Assembly: GCF_044704955.1 (NCBI RefSeq)
Contig: NC_091978.1
Coordinates: 319,920,001-319,984,000 of the forward strand
Origin: Pristiophorus japonicus
Taxonomy: Eukaryota
Reading direction: 5' to 3'
DNA: 64,000 nucleotides
Part shown: positions 12,746 to 26,640 of the stretch, piece by piece
Layout: every line of letters begins with the position of its first letter
Position numbering within the stretch: the stretch's first letter is position 1
Position numbers and translations under genes: made by a program
The notes under the pieces: generated by a model
Databases searched by the model: none
Told to the model about the DNA's origin: nothing
Seen by the model: the letters and a program-made list of their open reading frames with translations, nothing else

Positions 12746-14444
12746 CGGCATATTAACGATTCGACAATCAGATTTTGGAACAGAAAGTATCAATACATAC
12801 ACACAGTAACCTGCAATTGCTCCGCAAAAATGAAGGAAATCCCTGCAATTTTTGCAACAATCATCTGTACAAGTGGTGAAATTTGGGCATATCTACAGCT
12901 TAAGCTTTGACACCCTGTGCGTCATTGCACCTTCAAAGTAATATATTATAGGTCTATATTCAGAGCTATTTTTCAGCCGGCAGCATTTGTGATGCTGTTG
13001 ATCAGCTCTTGCTATTTTTTCTGATTATCCTGTATGTTCCAACAGCAGAAATACCTACTGAGCCCAGAATCAAGCCTAGGCCTTCAGTGGTGTTCTTGAT
13101 ATCTGCCTTTATCAAGCATGTTAGGTAACAAGGGGAGAAGATATTGGGATATAAACTGAAACTGAACCAAATGAGAGAGGGAAAAAGGCACTTGGGGAAG
13201 AAATATATACGGGCAAGGAAATTGTGGGTGAAAAAAATAAAATGGCAGATTTCCTTGTGGTTACCACATTTTGGTTAGGTAACCACAGAAGCTACCAGGA
13301 ATAAAAGCTAACCACAGATCCCTACTAACACAAGACCCCAGCTAACATACCAGGGTGTCCTACACTGAATATATTGTTTGACTAGGCCAATAGGAAAATG
13401 GTATTTGAGAACAGAATTGAACTTTTGAATGCTAGAATTCCAAAGGGATTCCAAGGAAACTTGATGTTGTGGTGGTGGGTACAGGGAGAAGTTATGTATT
13501 CACTCTATCGGGTGTTAGAATGACCTCTAGTGTCAGAGCTCGAGGAATGTAAAGGGTGTTGCAAATGGAGTGTGATGCCTTATTCTATTCATGACACCCT
13601 CAACGTTCCTTTACCTTTGACCTTCAGAGGCCATTCTGGCTTCCTGTTATGATGTGAATAGAGTGAATTGTGAATAACGTGTTTGCATACCATTTGTTGT
13701 CTGTGGTTTAAAGCACTTAGTTTCCTGTATCACAGTACAGGGAGGCTGAATGAATATACCCAGTTATTAGTTGTAAAGAATGAAAGTTTTCAATGGGGCC
13801 ATACCATCAGGACTTTACGGCTTTCAATTCAGGAAAACTTCTGTTTAGAGAACATTCAGACAGGACTTTGGCAAATGCATCGTCTTATCAGTGCTCGTGC
13901 TCCAAAAGCATCCAGTTTGATGATAAAAATATGGTGTACAGAATTTGGAACCTGCTGACTTTTACAGAAAAGGTGATTTGTGACCATTCCAAATGTACGA
14001 AACCTCACATCGAACCCTCCACGTGACTGATGATTAAGCTGCGCAGGAGTTAGTGCTCGAAGACTAGTATTTGAGATCTGGTCTCGCCTATCTTTTATGT
14101 TGAGGTGCCCCTATTCAAGTTGCAGATGTCATCTGATTTGTCATATTTTATGCCTCCATCTTTGATGTTACTCAGTTCAGATGAGCTTGATTCTGCGGAT
14201 GACATTTTGGGTGGCAGCTTGAATTGTTGTCACCTGTTAGTGGCATAGGTATAACTATAGCTCAATTAGTAATGCACCATGCTGTGATACAGAGCCATAC
14301 AGACAAGAAAGATGTAAAACACAGACTTTGTACTGTGATGACTGTTCTCCAGACTAGGGAAATGAAAATTAGGCATGGCTCCTGTTTCTATTTACAATCC
14401 AGTTTCTATTTACAATCCATGGAGAAGTACTTGTGCAGAGGTTA

Positions 14445-14780
14445 CATAGGAACAAGAGTAGGCTATTCAACCTCTCGAGCCTGTTCCGTCATTCAATTAG
14501 ATCACGGTTGATCTGTATCTTAACTTCATCAATCTGCTTTTTGCCTAACAAAATTCTGTCAATCTCAGTTTTGAAATTTTCATTAGATCTCGCCTCAACA
14601 CCATTTTGGAGGCAAGAGTTCCAGTTTGGGGTACTGAATTTGCATGATCAGCCATGATCATATTGAATGGTGGTGCAGGCTTGAAGGGCCGAATGGCCTG
14701 CACCTATTTTCTATGTTTCTATTTCCACGACCCTTTACGTGAAGAAATGCTTTCTGACATCATCCCTTAAGGTCTGGCTC
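14445..14780 (-). mobile_element. Old CR1 tail (-) interrupted by a ~95 bp younger CR1 3' end (+, ~14625-14720)
   Basis: Host reads gagttccag|...|atttccacgaccc. The insert ends gaatggcctgcacctattttctatgtttct, like 55212-55250. Confidence 0.65.
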
Positions 14781-14983
14781 AGTCAGCAATGATCGGGCTC
14801 AACTCTGATGACTTCCATAATTTAATGACCTGGTCATAGTATCTAAACTACTATTAGTAATGTCCACTAGATGGAGGTACTGAAGGGTGGCCAGCACCTG
14901 TGGAACCAAACTTTACCACAATTCACTAGGCTCAACATAATTCACATGAAAAAGGGGAGAAAAATTGGAAGAGAAGAGTGAGG

Positions 14984-15051
14984 AAAAAAGCTACTTCCTC
15001 CTACAGTTGGTTAAGTTAAAAAAGCTACTTCCTCCTACAGTTGGTTAAGTT
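14984..15051. repeat. Perfect 34 bp tandem duplication
   Basis: aaaaaagctacttcctcctacagttggttaagtt twice, no mismatch. Confidence 0.95.
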
Positions 15052-16736
15052 ATACCGCAGTTTGTGTACCAAAATGCTAAACCCCAGAGTGATAATATAT
15101 AAGATCACATGGGTATGGGGTCAGAGAGTAGGCCAAATACTTCCCCATGATGTGAGGAGGCTAATGTGAAGCTGAATAGCCCTTGACTTCTATCAGTCAG
15201 TCGTAGACAAGCACAGATAGAACTTAGGAGTGAGTCACTTGCATCATGTCTTGAAGATGGCTGAGAGTACCAGAGGATGGGGGAGTAATGAAAGAATGAT
15301 GAAGTTACAAATAAAAATATAACTACGTTCTTTTCTCCACTCCCAGTCCCCAACCCCCTGGTGCAAGACGATACTGCTTCTTTAAGTGATCCCTACAGAT
15401 TAGCTTAAATACCTTCCACTAGTTCAGCTACAACAGGCACTTTGTATTCAACAAACATGTGTACTCTTTTGACTCCTAACCTATGACTGTGACCCTACAC
15501 AGCAGGACACTCGCATGCTACACATATCTGAATAGACAGATCAATTTGTGTCCCTGTCTGAAAGAAGTTCATTTTCACTAAATCAGTTAGTTCCATAAGT
15601 TAATAAGCAAAAAAATGAAAAGCTGTGCAAGGGAGAAAAAAAAATGTTGAATGTAAAGCAGAAGAGAGAGTGTACAATATTAATATGATCCCAAAATCTG
15701 TGGAAGCATCTACTGTATATCTCTAAGCCATTTACTTTATTTATCACATGACTGTTACACAAATAACAAATAAACAGGCCTCTAACTAAACTGAACGTTC
15801 AAATAAGTGACTACAGCCCTCCCTAACAAGCTGAAGTTCAGGCTCAATGCATTGCTTCATGCATATTAAGAGAAAATCCCTTTCCAATATACTGCACTAT
15901 TCCCCCACACATACTACAAAATACCTTCCGTGGTTATATACCTCTGTGTGCCAAAATCCTCCATATACAATATAGAAAAAGCCCCCTTTGTAACCATGAA
16001 TTGTGTAAGTACTGCCACTATTCTCCTTTTCTGAGGCTTCTGCCACAGTTGTGTGTCTCATACATCACGAATAACCTTCAGTGCACACCATGCCAAATGC
16101 AATGGGAAGATGGTAATTTTGGTGAAGGATGAGATCAAAATGAGCTGAAGGGCCTTTTTCATTTGAACCTATTTTATAAACTATAGCCCTATTCCACCCT
16201 GTGTACCATCAATGCAGTGCTGCTTCCCTCCCCTCCATACTGTTTCCTGCCTCCTATTGTAGCTACTATCCAGTGCCTGAATCCTACTACTTCCTCCTCC
16301 TGGGGATTTCCCAAATTCTTTTTACGTTATCCTCTTTGGTCATGTCACTTTCCAAAATCGATCAGTGCTCACTTCTCTCAGTATCTTCCAGCTCCTCCTT
16401 ATCAGTTTCATTCCCTTTGAATTACATAATATGATGGTTCTGCAGAACAAAATATGTACAGACCTATGAAGGCAATGAGAAAAAAGATCTAATAGAGAAA
16501 AGGAGAAATAATTTTGAAGAAATGTATCTGTTACTGCAGATGGCAGACCTAGATCCAACTGGAGCGAATTTTATTTTGCCAACATGGATTTTGGAATTTG
16601 ATGCACACCAAGTTTTAATAGTGTTAATTTCATACTATCCCTTTACTTGTAGATTGCATTTAGTTTACACCCACAAGCATTAGGAAGCATCATGAGCTGT
16701 TTCCTAAAAACAAATCCTACCTCTGTATAACCATAG

Positions 16737-16925
16737 TACATTACAACAGTGACTGCACTCCAAAAGTACTTCATTGGCTGTAAAGCACTTTGAGACGTCT
16801 GGTGGTCGTGAAAGGTGCTATATAAATCCAAGTCAGTCCTTCCTTCCTTCCTTCCTTCCTTTCTTTTCTCCCTCTCTCCCTTCCTTCCATCTTTGCATCC
16901 TTCCCTTTCTCCTTTCCTTCCTTTC
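16737..16925 (+). mobile_element. SINE 3' tail (L2-type, Deu/SacSINE-like) followed by a (CCTT)n microsatellite
   Basis: tacattacaacagtgactgcactccaaaagtacttcattggctgtaaagcactttgagacg...tgctatataaatccaagtc; a similar tail lies at 46148-46255. Confidence 0.6.
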
Positions 16926-17179
16926 TGTCAAATGCTTGTTAATTTCAAAGGCCTACCTTTGGTATAATGCATGCTTCACCTAAGAAATTTTTAATTTTTA
17001 ATTAAGGAATCAAGGTGAATGAAGGGCCAAGGCCTTTAGTGCAGGTTGTCAACAATATTGAAAAAAACTAAGAGAACAGACAAAGTCAAGTTTGTGCTTA
17101 TAACAATGAGGTGGAGTGGAGATCAATTTTTTTAAACGTATGCTGCAATTACCCCAAGACACTGGAACTGCTTTGTCCT

Positions 17180-18232
17180 GGGCTCTTCCAATTCTGGCCG
17201 CTTGGTCATCCCTGATTTTAATCGCTCCACCATTGGCGGGCGTGCTTTCAGCTGCCTTGGTCATAAGCTCTGACCTAAACCTCTCTGCCTTTCCTCCTTT
17301 TAAGACTCTCCTTAAAAACAAAGGGGCCGAAATTGTCCTCCGTCCCAAACAGGGTGCACTTTCCACTTTTTAAGCGTTCTGTCTACCCCAATACATGGGG
17401 TGGAAAATCCGGGGAAATTCAGCTGTTTGTTTCTTTTTGGAGCGGGGAGGATGCATCAGTGGGGCAGAAGTGCAGGCAAGTCGAAACGGCTGTCGCTCCG
17501 ATTCATCAGCGCCGTGCTGATGACATCAGCACAACACGGATGTGCCGCGTCACGCTGCCACGTCACAACGTCCCTCCCCTTTCAGTTAAAGGGGAGAGCC
17601 ACTGCGAACTCTGCAGCCACTTTAGTGGCAAATACTGGGCCACCAGGGAGGGTTTCGGCTAGGCTAGTGGCCCGGTACCCAAAGGCGGGTGCCGGGCTGC
17701 CTGTTGGCAGCTCGGACAAACCCGTGGCCTCCATTGTCAGGCCGACCTGTCAGTCGGCTGACAATTAAAATAAAATGGCCGTGGCGGCAGTGCGCCCTCC
17801 CATTTAAGAGCGAATGCACCGCCCAGCCACAAGAAGCTTCCCACCGGGGAAAGCTGTCAGGGGCACCGAGCGGCGGCCAATCCGCTCCCGCGGGGCGGAA
17901 AGGGGTATCGCCGCCAGTCGGTAAGTGGTCAGCGTGTGCCCGATGAGGCGGGAAGACGGCCGTGGCGGTCCCGTACAACGCTCCAAAAGTAAAGGAGGGC
18001 AAAATGGTGGGCCCCCGCACCGACCGAGCGGCGAGTCCTTACCGACCCGTGGCCGCCTCGTTGAGGCAGTCACAGCTCTTCTAGAAAGGGGCAATTACAG
18101 CCCACTTCTCTTTGACTAAGCTTTTGGTCACCTGTCCTAATATCGCGATGTGGCTTGGTGTCAAATCTTGTGCAGCGCCTTGGGACGTTTTACTACGTTA
18201 ATGGTGCTATATAAATGGAGGTTGTTGTTGTT
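17180..18232 (+). mobile_element. L2 3' end split by a Harbinger-like MITE
   Basis: cgctccaccattggcgg...ctccttaaaa | MITE | acttctctttgactaagcttttggtcacc...ctatataaatggaggttgttgttgttg; same tail as 34300-34572 and 58330-58848. Confidence 0.75.
17323..18103. mobile_element. PIF/Harbinger-like MITE, family B
   Basis: Termini ggggccgaaattg...caattacagccc. Internal ttaaaggggagagccactgcgaactc and gggccaccagggagggtttcgg are shared with the 21307, 50569, 51445 and 57365 copies. Confidence 0.7.
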
Positions 18233-19446
18233 GTAAGAATCAGCAGTATCTAAGAACGTTGCTGGTAGCAATGTACGTGGTAATCTAAAAAGGTTCACCA
18301 TCTATTTGTGCTGAAGGTTCTGTATCTCTTCTCAGGATAGGCAGATAAATTACTACCTGTACCTCACACTGGCCAGATTCCCAGTGCAACCCGGAATGCT
18401 TGCAACCGGACAAGGTTATAGAATGCCCATCAGCTTACTGCACCTCTGGCACTGTAAACAGATTGGGTCTCACTGTGACTTGATAACTCTTCCCTTAAGC
18501 ATGATCGATTTTTTTTCTCCAAATCCGAGCAGCTCATTTACTAGCTTTAGCATTCTGGGAAAGACACTTAGAGAGTTAACATATGGAAGCTATCCGACAA
18601 AGGAAGTTCTGAATTCATAACATTAAAGCTGTGTCTCCACAGGTGAAGACTGCAAAACGACTGAATCACTTCTTTTTTGCATTGTTCATAAAACAGTACC
18701 TTGAAATGAAATGGCAAACTATGTGGCATTATTATTGAGATTGGAAAAGTGATATGGAAAATGTAGCTTACTGTAAATTTATAAATAAATTATCCTTTTA
18801 TGCATTAGAACATTACAAGAGATTTGCAGAGTTAAAAGGATGAGGATGATCAATATCAACTGTATGGTTCTTTGCTTTTTAACCACTAGGATGGAGGTTA
18901 TAATGGTGGTTAGTTGCACAAACAAAAATATTAGATGCAATATAATTATAATTGCAGACCATATCAAAGGTGCAATCAGAATACTTAGTGTGTCAGAACC
19001 TCATTTCCAGTGATTCATGGACATGCCTCCTAATTTATTACTTTTATGAAGTCTATAATGTAATATATGAAAGGAATGTACAGTTAATAAAAGTTTGCTT
19101 TACATAAGGCTTGTATTAATTTTGTTCAGTTCAGAGCCAGTTGGCTCCCTGCCTGAAACATTGTTTAAACATTCTTGAAGTAATTGGTGTTTTGACAGTT
19201 GGCTTCATGCAGCAAATGTTAACCATGGCTGGAATGTCATGAAAAAGACCTGACCCAGGAAAGAACCCATCATGTAACAAATGCACTTCTCATTTTCATT
19301 ATTCAGAATTACAATTTTTTTCCGTCAGTTCATGTTTCACTTAAATCTGTGTTTTAAAAAGTAGAATTAGAAATATAAATTTTATATAATGGATGGTAGT
19401 TCTGCACTGCTTTAGTGTACAAATGTGCTCTAGGGATAGGTGCATG

Positions 19447-20009
19447 GGGCGAGAAATTTGCCAGACTCTCATTATTTGACAAATAACGCCATTTTAGTGA
19501 AAAAATAAGAAACATTTTGCCATTTTTTAATGGGGTAAGTTTGGCCAAAAAAATACCCGTCGTTAAAAAACAATGTTGCTGGAGGAATCGTGTTGGAAAA
19601 TGCCGTCCTCTCCAACTTTACCGCGAGGCCGATATTGTGAAAAATACAGGGGAAAAAACACCCCCAAAAATGTTCAAAAATAAAAATTGAGAAAACATTA
19701 ACAGAATTGCTGAAATTAAAAAAAAATTCAACTTACCTTTTTTGTAGGTCTTCTTACTTACCGACATTTTTGAAGCTAAATGTCAGGTTTTTCAAAACGG
19801 TGTTTTGCGAAGCATGTATGGCGGTGCCAAATGGCCAAACTTAGGCGGTACGTTTTTTTAGGTATGTCGTTACTGAAAATGCCAATATGTTGACAATGCC
19901 ATCCTTAAGGTTTGTGGAATATTAAGCAGTTTATTTTTAGGACAAAAACTTTGTTTTACTGCGAAGAAATCACGCGAAAACGGACGTTACAGTGGCGAAT
20001 TTCTAGCCC
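19447..20009. mobile_element. PIF/Harbinger-like MITE, family A
   Basis: TIRs gggcgagaaatttgcc / ggcgaatttctagccc; flanks atg/att. Reverse-complement homolog of 29493-30111. Confidence 0.75.
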
Positions 20010-20028
20010 ATTGTGTATTGAAATTTTA

Positions 20029-20729
20029 GCCTTGATTTTAACTCCGCTCGCCTGGCGTAAACCAGGCAGGTGATGGATGGGGCAGTTAAAATGGGGCGGG
20101 GAACTTGCCCACTCCTTTCCCACCCCAATCTGGCCGACTCCAATTTTAAATTGCAGGTGGCAAGGACACCTACCCCAAGGTGGTGTGGTCCTCTAAATAT
20201 GCAGGTCGGGCTCCAATGTCATCGGGGCTATATCTGCCATTTCAATCTGAGGCCTGATCGGGGGAACAGTGGAGCCTTAAATGCCAAACCTACTGAGAAC
20301 AGAAGCCTGGGCCGGAAGAGGCCCAGTGATGTAAGGTTTTACAATTTTTTTTCGTTTCCTTGTGGGCCAGGAGGAGCGTGAGTGCCACTCCAGGCCCCAC
20401 AAAGTAATCTTGGGACACCCTTACACCATGCTTTCCCTCCTCCCTTTCCTCCCAGATCCCTCCGCTGGATTTACTTTGTGCCGGGGACTGTTCTCGCGGG
20501 TCCCGGGAGCTGGCCTTCTGCCTCTCAATTTCTCATTCTCACCTGCCGGCCAAGTAATGATTCCTGCTCCGTTTGGCTGGACTCCGACCTTGCATAATGT
20601 AAATGAAGTCCAGGAACTAAAATCTCTTCAGGCCCCAGCATGCGAGCTTGTCACTCGCCCTGAGCCCCTGCCCTCCAACCGCCCCCCCACCCCCCAACCC
20701 GCAATCCTGCCCCAAGTTAAAATGAAGGT
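20029..20729. mobile_element. GC-rich MITE (Harbinger-like, family C)
   Basis: Inverted termini gccttgattttaact / agttaaaatgaagg; GC-rich interior. Confidence 0.55.
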
Positions 20730-21306
20730 TTTTGACTCTAGCAGGCCTCCAAAGTGGAATAGGGAGCTCATAAACTCTGACCTGCCATTAATCAGACACT
20801 TCTCCATTTGCTGGAAGGGATTTGCTGAACAGTTATAAATACATAACAGAGGGACATGACACAGGTTTGCTCCAGCCAATTTCCCCTTCCATTCTTGTTC
20901 AGGAAGACCAGGAGTGCGATGACCTAGTGCAGAGTGGAAGCAAGTCAGGTTTGCACAGAGGGGAAGAGATAATTAGAAAAGAAGTCAGCACAACAGCTTT
21001 AGAGTTCCTAGCGGCATGTTCAGAGAGGTGTTCTGTACCTCTGTACATGCACAATTAATTTATTTCCCTTAAAATATTCTCCCTGTAAGACACTTGCTCA
21101 TGCTAGGGTACAGTTCCACAGGTTAAGTCTACCCTCTGGTCTCTTGCAGAAGTGTTCATTCTCCATCTGTAATCTCAGGTAATGAGCATCATCAACCTGG
21201 TCAACTGTGTAAGGCAGCAGAGCCACGCCTGATCCTGACCTCACCCATCAACAAAGGCATACTTTCAAGCAGGAGTCACTAGATAGCATTTGAGGGTAGA
21301 AACCGA

Positions 21307-22104
21307 GGGAGAAAAATTTGGTTACGCCCTGTTTGGGAGCAGTAATCGAGGGGAGGCGGGACATCGTCCGCCCAGCACGGAGGTCCCGCCCTGGCTGCGA
21401 AATTGTGGTCACCCTCCCTCATTGGAAGTCGAGTGCAATTTTGCATGGGGCAGGTTTGGGGGCGCTACTCGGGCGGGCTCGCCAGTGCTACGTGGCTTAT
21501 CCGCATAGTGCTGGCACATTTCAACACCCCTTTCCTTCCGTTAAAGGGGAGGGCTGCTGCGGATTCTACGGGCCATTTGAAGGCCTCCACTGGGCCACCA
21601 AGGCTAAGGGGTGCCGTGGCCACAGCCTGGCACCGAGACAGAGTGCCGGGCTGCACGATGATGGCCCAGAAGCCGAGAAAAGAGCAGTGAACAACCCGAC
21701 GGGTGAGTTGGGGAAAAAAAGCAAGATGGCTGCGCAGCACACTCCCCCTCGCCCTTTAAGGTTCACGCCGCGATGGGCCACCGGCTCAGTTTGCGACCCA
21801 TAAGGCTGGTGCGGGCATTGCCCACGGCAGCCTCACGGGGCTCTAGCCAATTTCTGCTGCGGGGCGAAAAGAGGCCGCCACAGGTGAAAAGGGGTCACCG
21901 CGCACGGTGATGACATCATTGCCAGAGGTGCAGCAGCCCCCAGGGCGCTACCAGCGGGGACAGGGCACTACCGTATTCGTGCCTCCGCTAACTCCCGTGT
22001 AATTTCGCGGGAGCCCAAGGTGAAAACAGTATTGCACCCCGTTAGACCCCCCCCCCCCCGGGAGGTGGTAATGGGATGCGCAGAACAGGGGAATTCCGGA
22101 CCCC
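21307..22104. mobile_element. PIF/Harbinger-like MITE, diverged family B
   Basis: Internal gttaaaggggagggctgctgcg, tgggccaccaagg, aagatggctg, cctttaagg; degenerate GGG..CCCC ends. Confidence 0.6.
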
Positions 22105-22427
22105 TGATATATTTTTTCTCCTCCACCTAGACCAGGTGAATTGTCGAGTACCTTTGTCACTGAATATTGGGAATACTGAAGCCATTATCTTTGGTCCACG
22201 CCACAAACTCTATACCCGTGCCACCAATTCCATCTCTGACCCTGCCTCTGTCTCAGGCTGAACCTGACTGCAGCCTTGGAGTCATTTTCGACCCAGAGTT
22301 GAGCATCCAACCCCATATGCTCTCTCTCACAATCACCTCTTACTCCCACTGCTGTAACATCACCAGTCTCACCCCACCTCATCCCATATTCTGCTGAAAC
22401 CCTCATCCACCTTACCTTTGGAAGGAT

Positions 22428-23565
22428 ATAGAAACATAGAAACATAGACATTAAAACATAGAAAATAGGTGCAGGAGTAGGCCATTCGGCCCTTCGAGCC
22501 TGCACCGCCATTCAATGAGTTCATGGCTGAACATGCAACTTCAGGACCCCATTCCTGCTTTCTTGCCATATCCCTTGATCCCCCTAGTAGTAAGGACTAC
22601 ATCTACCTCCTGTTTGAATATATTTAGTGAATTGGCCTCAACAACTTTCTGTGGTAGGGAATTCCACAGGTTCACCACTCTCTGGGTGAAGAAGTTTGTC
22701 CTCATCTCAGTCCTAAATGGCTTTCCCCTTATCCTTAGACTGTGACCCCTGGTTCTGGACTTCCCCAACATTGGGAACATTCTTCCTGCATCCAACCTGT
22801 CTAAACCCGTCAGAATTTAAAATGTTTCTATAAGATCTCTTATTCTTCTGAACTCCAGAGAATACAAGCCCAGTTGATCCAGTCTTTCTTGATATGTCAG
22901 TCCCGCCATCCCGGGAATCAGTCTGGTGAACCTTCGCTGCACTCCCTCAATAGCAAGAATGTCTTTCCTCAAAGGAGACCAAAACTGTACACAATACTCC
23001 AGGTGTGGCCTCACCAAGGCCCTGTACAACTGTAGCAGCACCTCCCTGCCCCTGTACTCAAATCCCTTCGCTATGAAGGCCAACATGCCACTTGCTTTCT
23101 TAACCGCCTGCTGTACCTGCATGCAAACCTTCAATGACTGATGTACCATGACACCCAGGTCTCATTCCACCTCCCCTTTTCCTAATCTGTCACTATTCAG
23201 ATAATAGTCTGTCTCTCTCTGTTTTTACCACCAAAGTGGATAACCTCACATTTATCCACATTATAGTTCATCTGCCATGCATTTGCCCACTCACCTAACC
23301 TATCCAAATCACTTTGCAGTCTCATAGCATCCTCCACGCAGCTCACACTGCCACCCAACTTCGTGTCATCCGCAAATTTGGAGATAGTACATTTAATCCC
23401 CTCGTCTAAATCATTAATGTACAATGTAAACAGCTGGGACCCCAGCACAGAACCTTGCGGTACCCCACTAGTCACTGCCTGCCATTCTGAAAAGTACCCA
23501 TTTACTCCTACTCTTTGTTTCCTGTCTGCCAACCAGTTCTCAATCCATGTCAGCACACTACGCAC
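22428..23565 (-). mobile_element. Young 5'-truncated CR1 (RT C-terminal half + 3' UTR)
   Basis: ORFs 23197..23595, 22817..23149 and 22541..22795 (-): SGVPQGSVLG, KFADDTK, LVRPHLEYCVQFW. (TAGAAACA)n tail at 22428-22465. Confidence 0.95.
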
Positions 23566-23569
23566 TACC

Positions 23570-24082
23570 CTATACTTGTAATTGAGGTAGTGCAATGAAG
23601 ATTCACCAGACTGATTCCTGGGATGGGGGGATTGTCCTCTGAGGAGAGATTGAGTAGACTAGGCCTATATTCTCTAGAGTTTAGAAGAATGAGAGGTGAT
23701 CTAATTGAAACATACAACATTTTTACAGGACTTGACAGGCTAGATGCAGGGAGGATGTTTCCCCTGGCTGGAGAGTCTAGAACCAGGGGTCACAGTCTCA
23801 GAATAAGGGGTGAGCCATTTAGGACTGAGATGAGGAGAAATTTCTTCACTCAGAGGGTGGTGAATCTTTGGAATTCTCTACCCCAGAAGGCTGTGGAGGC
23901 TCAGTCATTGAATATATTCAAGACAGAGAGCAATAGATTTTGGGATATTAAGGGAATCAAGGGATATGGGGATAGTGCAGGAAAGTGGAGTTGAGGTAGA
24001 AGATCAGCCATGATTTCATTGAATGGCAGAGCAGGCTCGAGGGGCTGAGTTGCCTACTCCTGCTCCTATTTCTTATGTTCTT
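23570..24082 (+). mobile_element. CR1 3' fragment (its first ~18 bp sit at 22410-22427)
   Basis: ORF 23623..23994 LGLYSLEFRRMRGDLIETY...WNSLPQ; tail cctatttcttatgttctt. Confidence 0.9.
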
Positions 24083-25799
24083 ATGCCTTTGCTACCTCCT
24101 GATTCGGCTATTCCAGTGCTCTCCTGGCCAGCCTACCATTCTTCGTGAATGTCAGCCCATCTAAAACTCTGTTGCCTGTATCTTAACCCACACCAATTTC
24201 TCCTCATCCATTATCCCTGTCCTCACTGACATACCTTGGCTCCTGGACCTCCAACACCTCAGATCTAAAATCCTTATCCTTGTGTTTAAGTCCCTTCATG
24301 ACCTCGCCTTTTCTTATTTCTGTAACCTTCTCCAGCCTGGAAACTCCCTCTCTTCTTTGAGACTCTCACCTCTTTATGTGATCCTCTCCTCCACCCACCT
24401 TCATTCCACCATTGGCAGACATGCCTTCAGTCACCTAGGCTCTGTAGTTTGGAGCTACCTCCCTAAATTCCTCCGTCTCCCTTTCCTCCTCTAAGACCCT
24501 CCTTAAAACCCACCTCTTTTAGCAAGCTTTTTGGTCATCCCTCCTAATAACTCCTTCGGCTCGGCATGCATTTTTGTGAAGCACCTTGGAGTGTTTTTCT
24601 GTGCTATATAAATGCAAATTTTTTGTTGTGGCACCTCCAATGCCAGCCAAGCTAATAGCAGCCACCTCCACCGCCAGCCATGCTAACAGCAGCCACCTCC
24701 ACGGAGGCCTGCAGCCTTCGTGGTCTGTCATAACGGGTGATATATTTATTCCTTGAAGCATCAGGAAAGCTACCAGAACATTCTGTATGTGCAACAGAAT
24801 TAAAGGAGCCTGAAGCGGCCTGAATTAGGTCACATTCAGGTATTCACAAATATGAACATGACATTACTGGGGTCACTTTGAAATACAGAACTGCGTGTAA
24901 TGGAACACTTTTATTATCCGGGATCATTATCAAGTACTCTGAGATCAGGTATAGCAGGACCAGGTGGTGAGGGAGATGGCAAGCTTGTGGAATTTAAAAA
25001 GGGAGTTCCAGCGGGTAGGGTTATAGTGGTAGAAAGGGAGATCACCAATGGGGGAGCAGATGACTAGGATTAGACCAGTGTCAGAGAACTGTGTATGTTA
25101 TAATAATGTTAGTTATAACAATGTTAGTTATAACAATATTAGTTGCAACACAGCTGTGACATGAGATTACAAGATAGTTATTGACAAAGAAGGGCAGTTA
25201 GTCCATTTCAGTTCATTGATTCATTAAGATTATTGCAATCCACCCTTGCAGCATCCAATTCTTTCTTAAATACTTTCGCCTCCATTGCCCTACCTGGAAG
25301 TCTTTTGTTAGCACACCATGTCAATAATGCCCCCCACCCCTCAGTTGTAATGCTTCTGTGGAAAGTTCATGACAAATGAAGTGACAGTGGCCTTTAAGTG
25401 GATATCGCAAACTGATCACTTAAGAAAGTATTAGCCATTATTACTTTTTTATTACCCTTAATATACTGGAAATGTTTAGTATAGTCTTGTTTTTGATGTG
25501 GAACTATTGTTTTCTCTGAATATTACTTTTTAAAGCTAAAATGTTACTCATATAAAATGTCACTCAGATCCTAAGAATAGAGTAGTAGCTGTAATAACAT
25601 TTATATGCCAAAATAATCAAAGTTTTAATTCTAGTTTGTCTCAAGTGTGTGTTAAGAGCAGTTTTGTAATCTATATTTTATGTGTTCAGAGCACTTAAAT
25701 CCTCAAGTATATCTGGGGTGAGTTAAGTGACTTGAATGCTAAAGGCTAAGATGCATCTTCACATGCATTCACATTATTTCCGATGAGAGAGATTGGAAA

Positions 25800-26640
25800 A
25801 TTAGGAGGCCATTCAGCTCCTCGAGCCTGTTCCACCATTCAATTAGATCATGGCTAATCTGTATCTTAACTTCATTTTACCCCGCCTTGGTTCCGTAACC
25901 CTAATAACCTTGCCTAACAAAAATCTATCCATCTCAGTTTTGAAATTTTCGATTGACCTAGCCTCAAATGCTTTTTGGGGCAAAGAGTATCAGATTTCCA
26001 CTATCCTTTGTGTGAAGAAATGCTTCCTGACATCACCCCTGAACAGCCTAGCTCTAATTCCAATTCCCGCTTATTCTGGACTCCCTTACCAGATGAAATA
26101 GCTTCTCTCTATTTACCCTATCAACTCCTATGATCATCCTAAACACCTCAGTTAGATCACCCCTTAATCTTGTATATGCAAAGGAATACAAGCCTAGTCT
26201 ATGCAGTCTGTCCTCATAATTTAACCTAGGTTTTGGAGGCTGGGCCCACTGAAATTAAGAACATAAGCAATAGGAGCAAGAGTGGACCATACAGGCCCTC
26301 TAACCTGCTCTGCCATTCAATAAGATCATGGCTGATCATCGATCTCAACTCCACTTTCCTGCCAAATCTCCATATCCCTTGATTCCCCATGACTCCAAAA
26401 ATCTATCTATCACAGCCTTGAATATATTCAGAGACTCAACATCCACAGCCCTCTGGGGTAGAGAATTCCAAAGATTCACAACCCTGAGCGAAGAAATACC
26501 TCCTCATCTTTGTCTGAAATGGCCTACCCCTTATCCTGAGACTGTGCCCCTTAGTTCTAGACACTCCAGCCAGGGGAAACAACCTCTCAGCATCTACCCT
26601 GTCAATCCCCTTCAAAATCTTGTATGTTTCAACCAATCAC
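25800..26640 (-). mobile_element. Two adjacent CR1 3'-end fragments (25800-26225; 26257-26640)
   Basis: ggccattcagctcctcgagcctg and aagaacataagcaataggagcaagag tails. ORF 26436..26636(-) ETYKILKGIDRVDAERLFP. Confidence 0.75.

Larger units (their letters stand above)
22160..24630 (+). mobile_element. L2 fragment hosting two nested CR1 insertions
   Basis: L2 sequence ctgaaaccctcatcca|...|atgcctttgctacctcc resumes at ~24083 and ends gctatataaatgcaaattttttgttg. Confidence 0.7.

Noticed and set aside
17323-18103. CpG-island promoter of a host gene (and similar GC-rich blocks)
   Set aside because: Bounded by TIRs, multi-copy in the window and inserted into L2/CR1, so a transposon.
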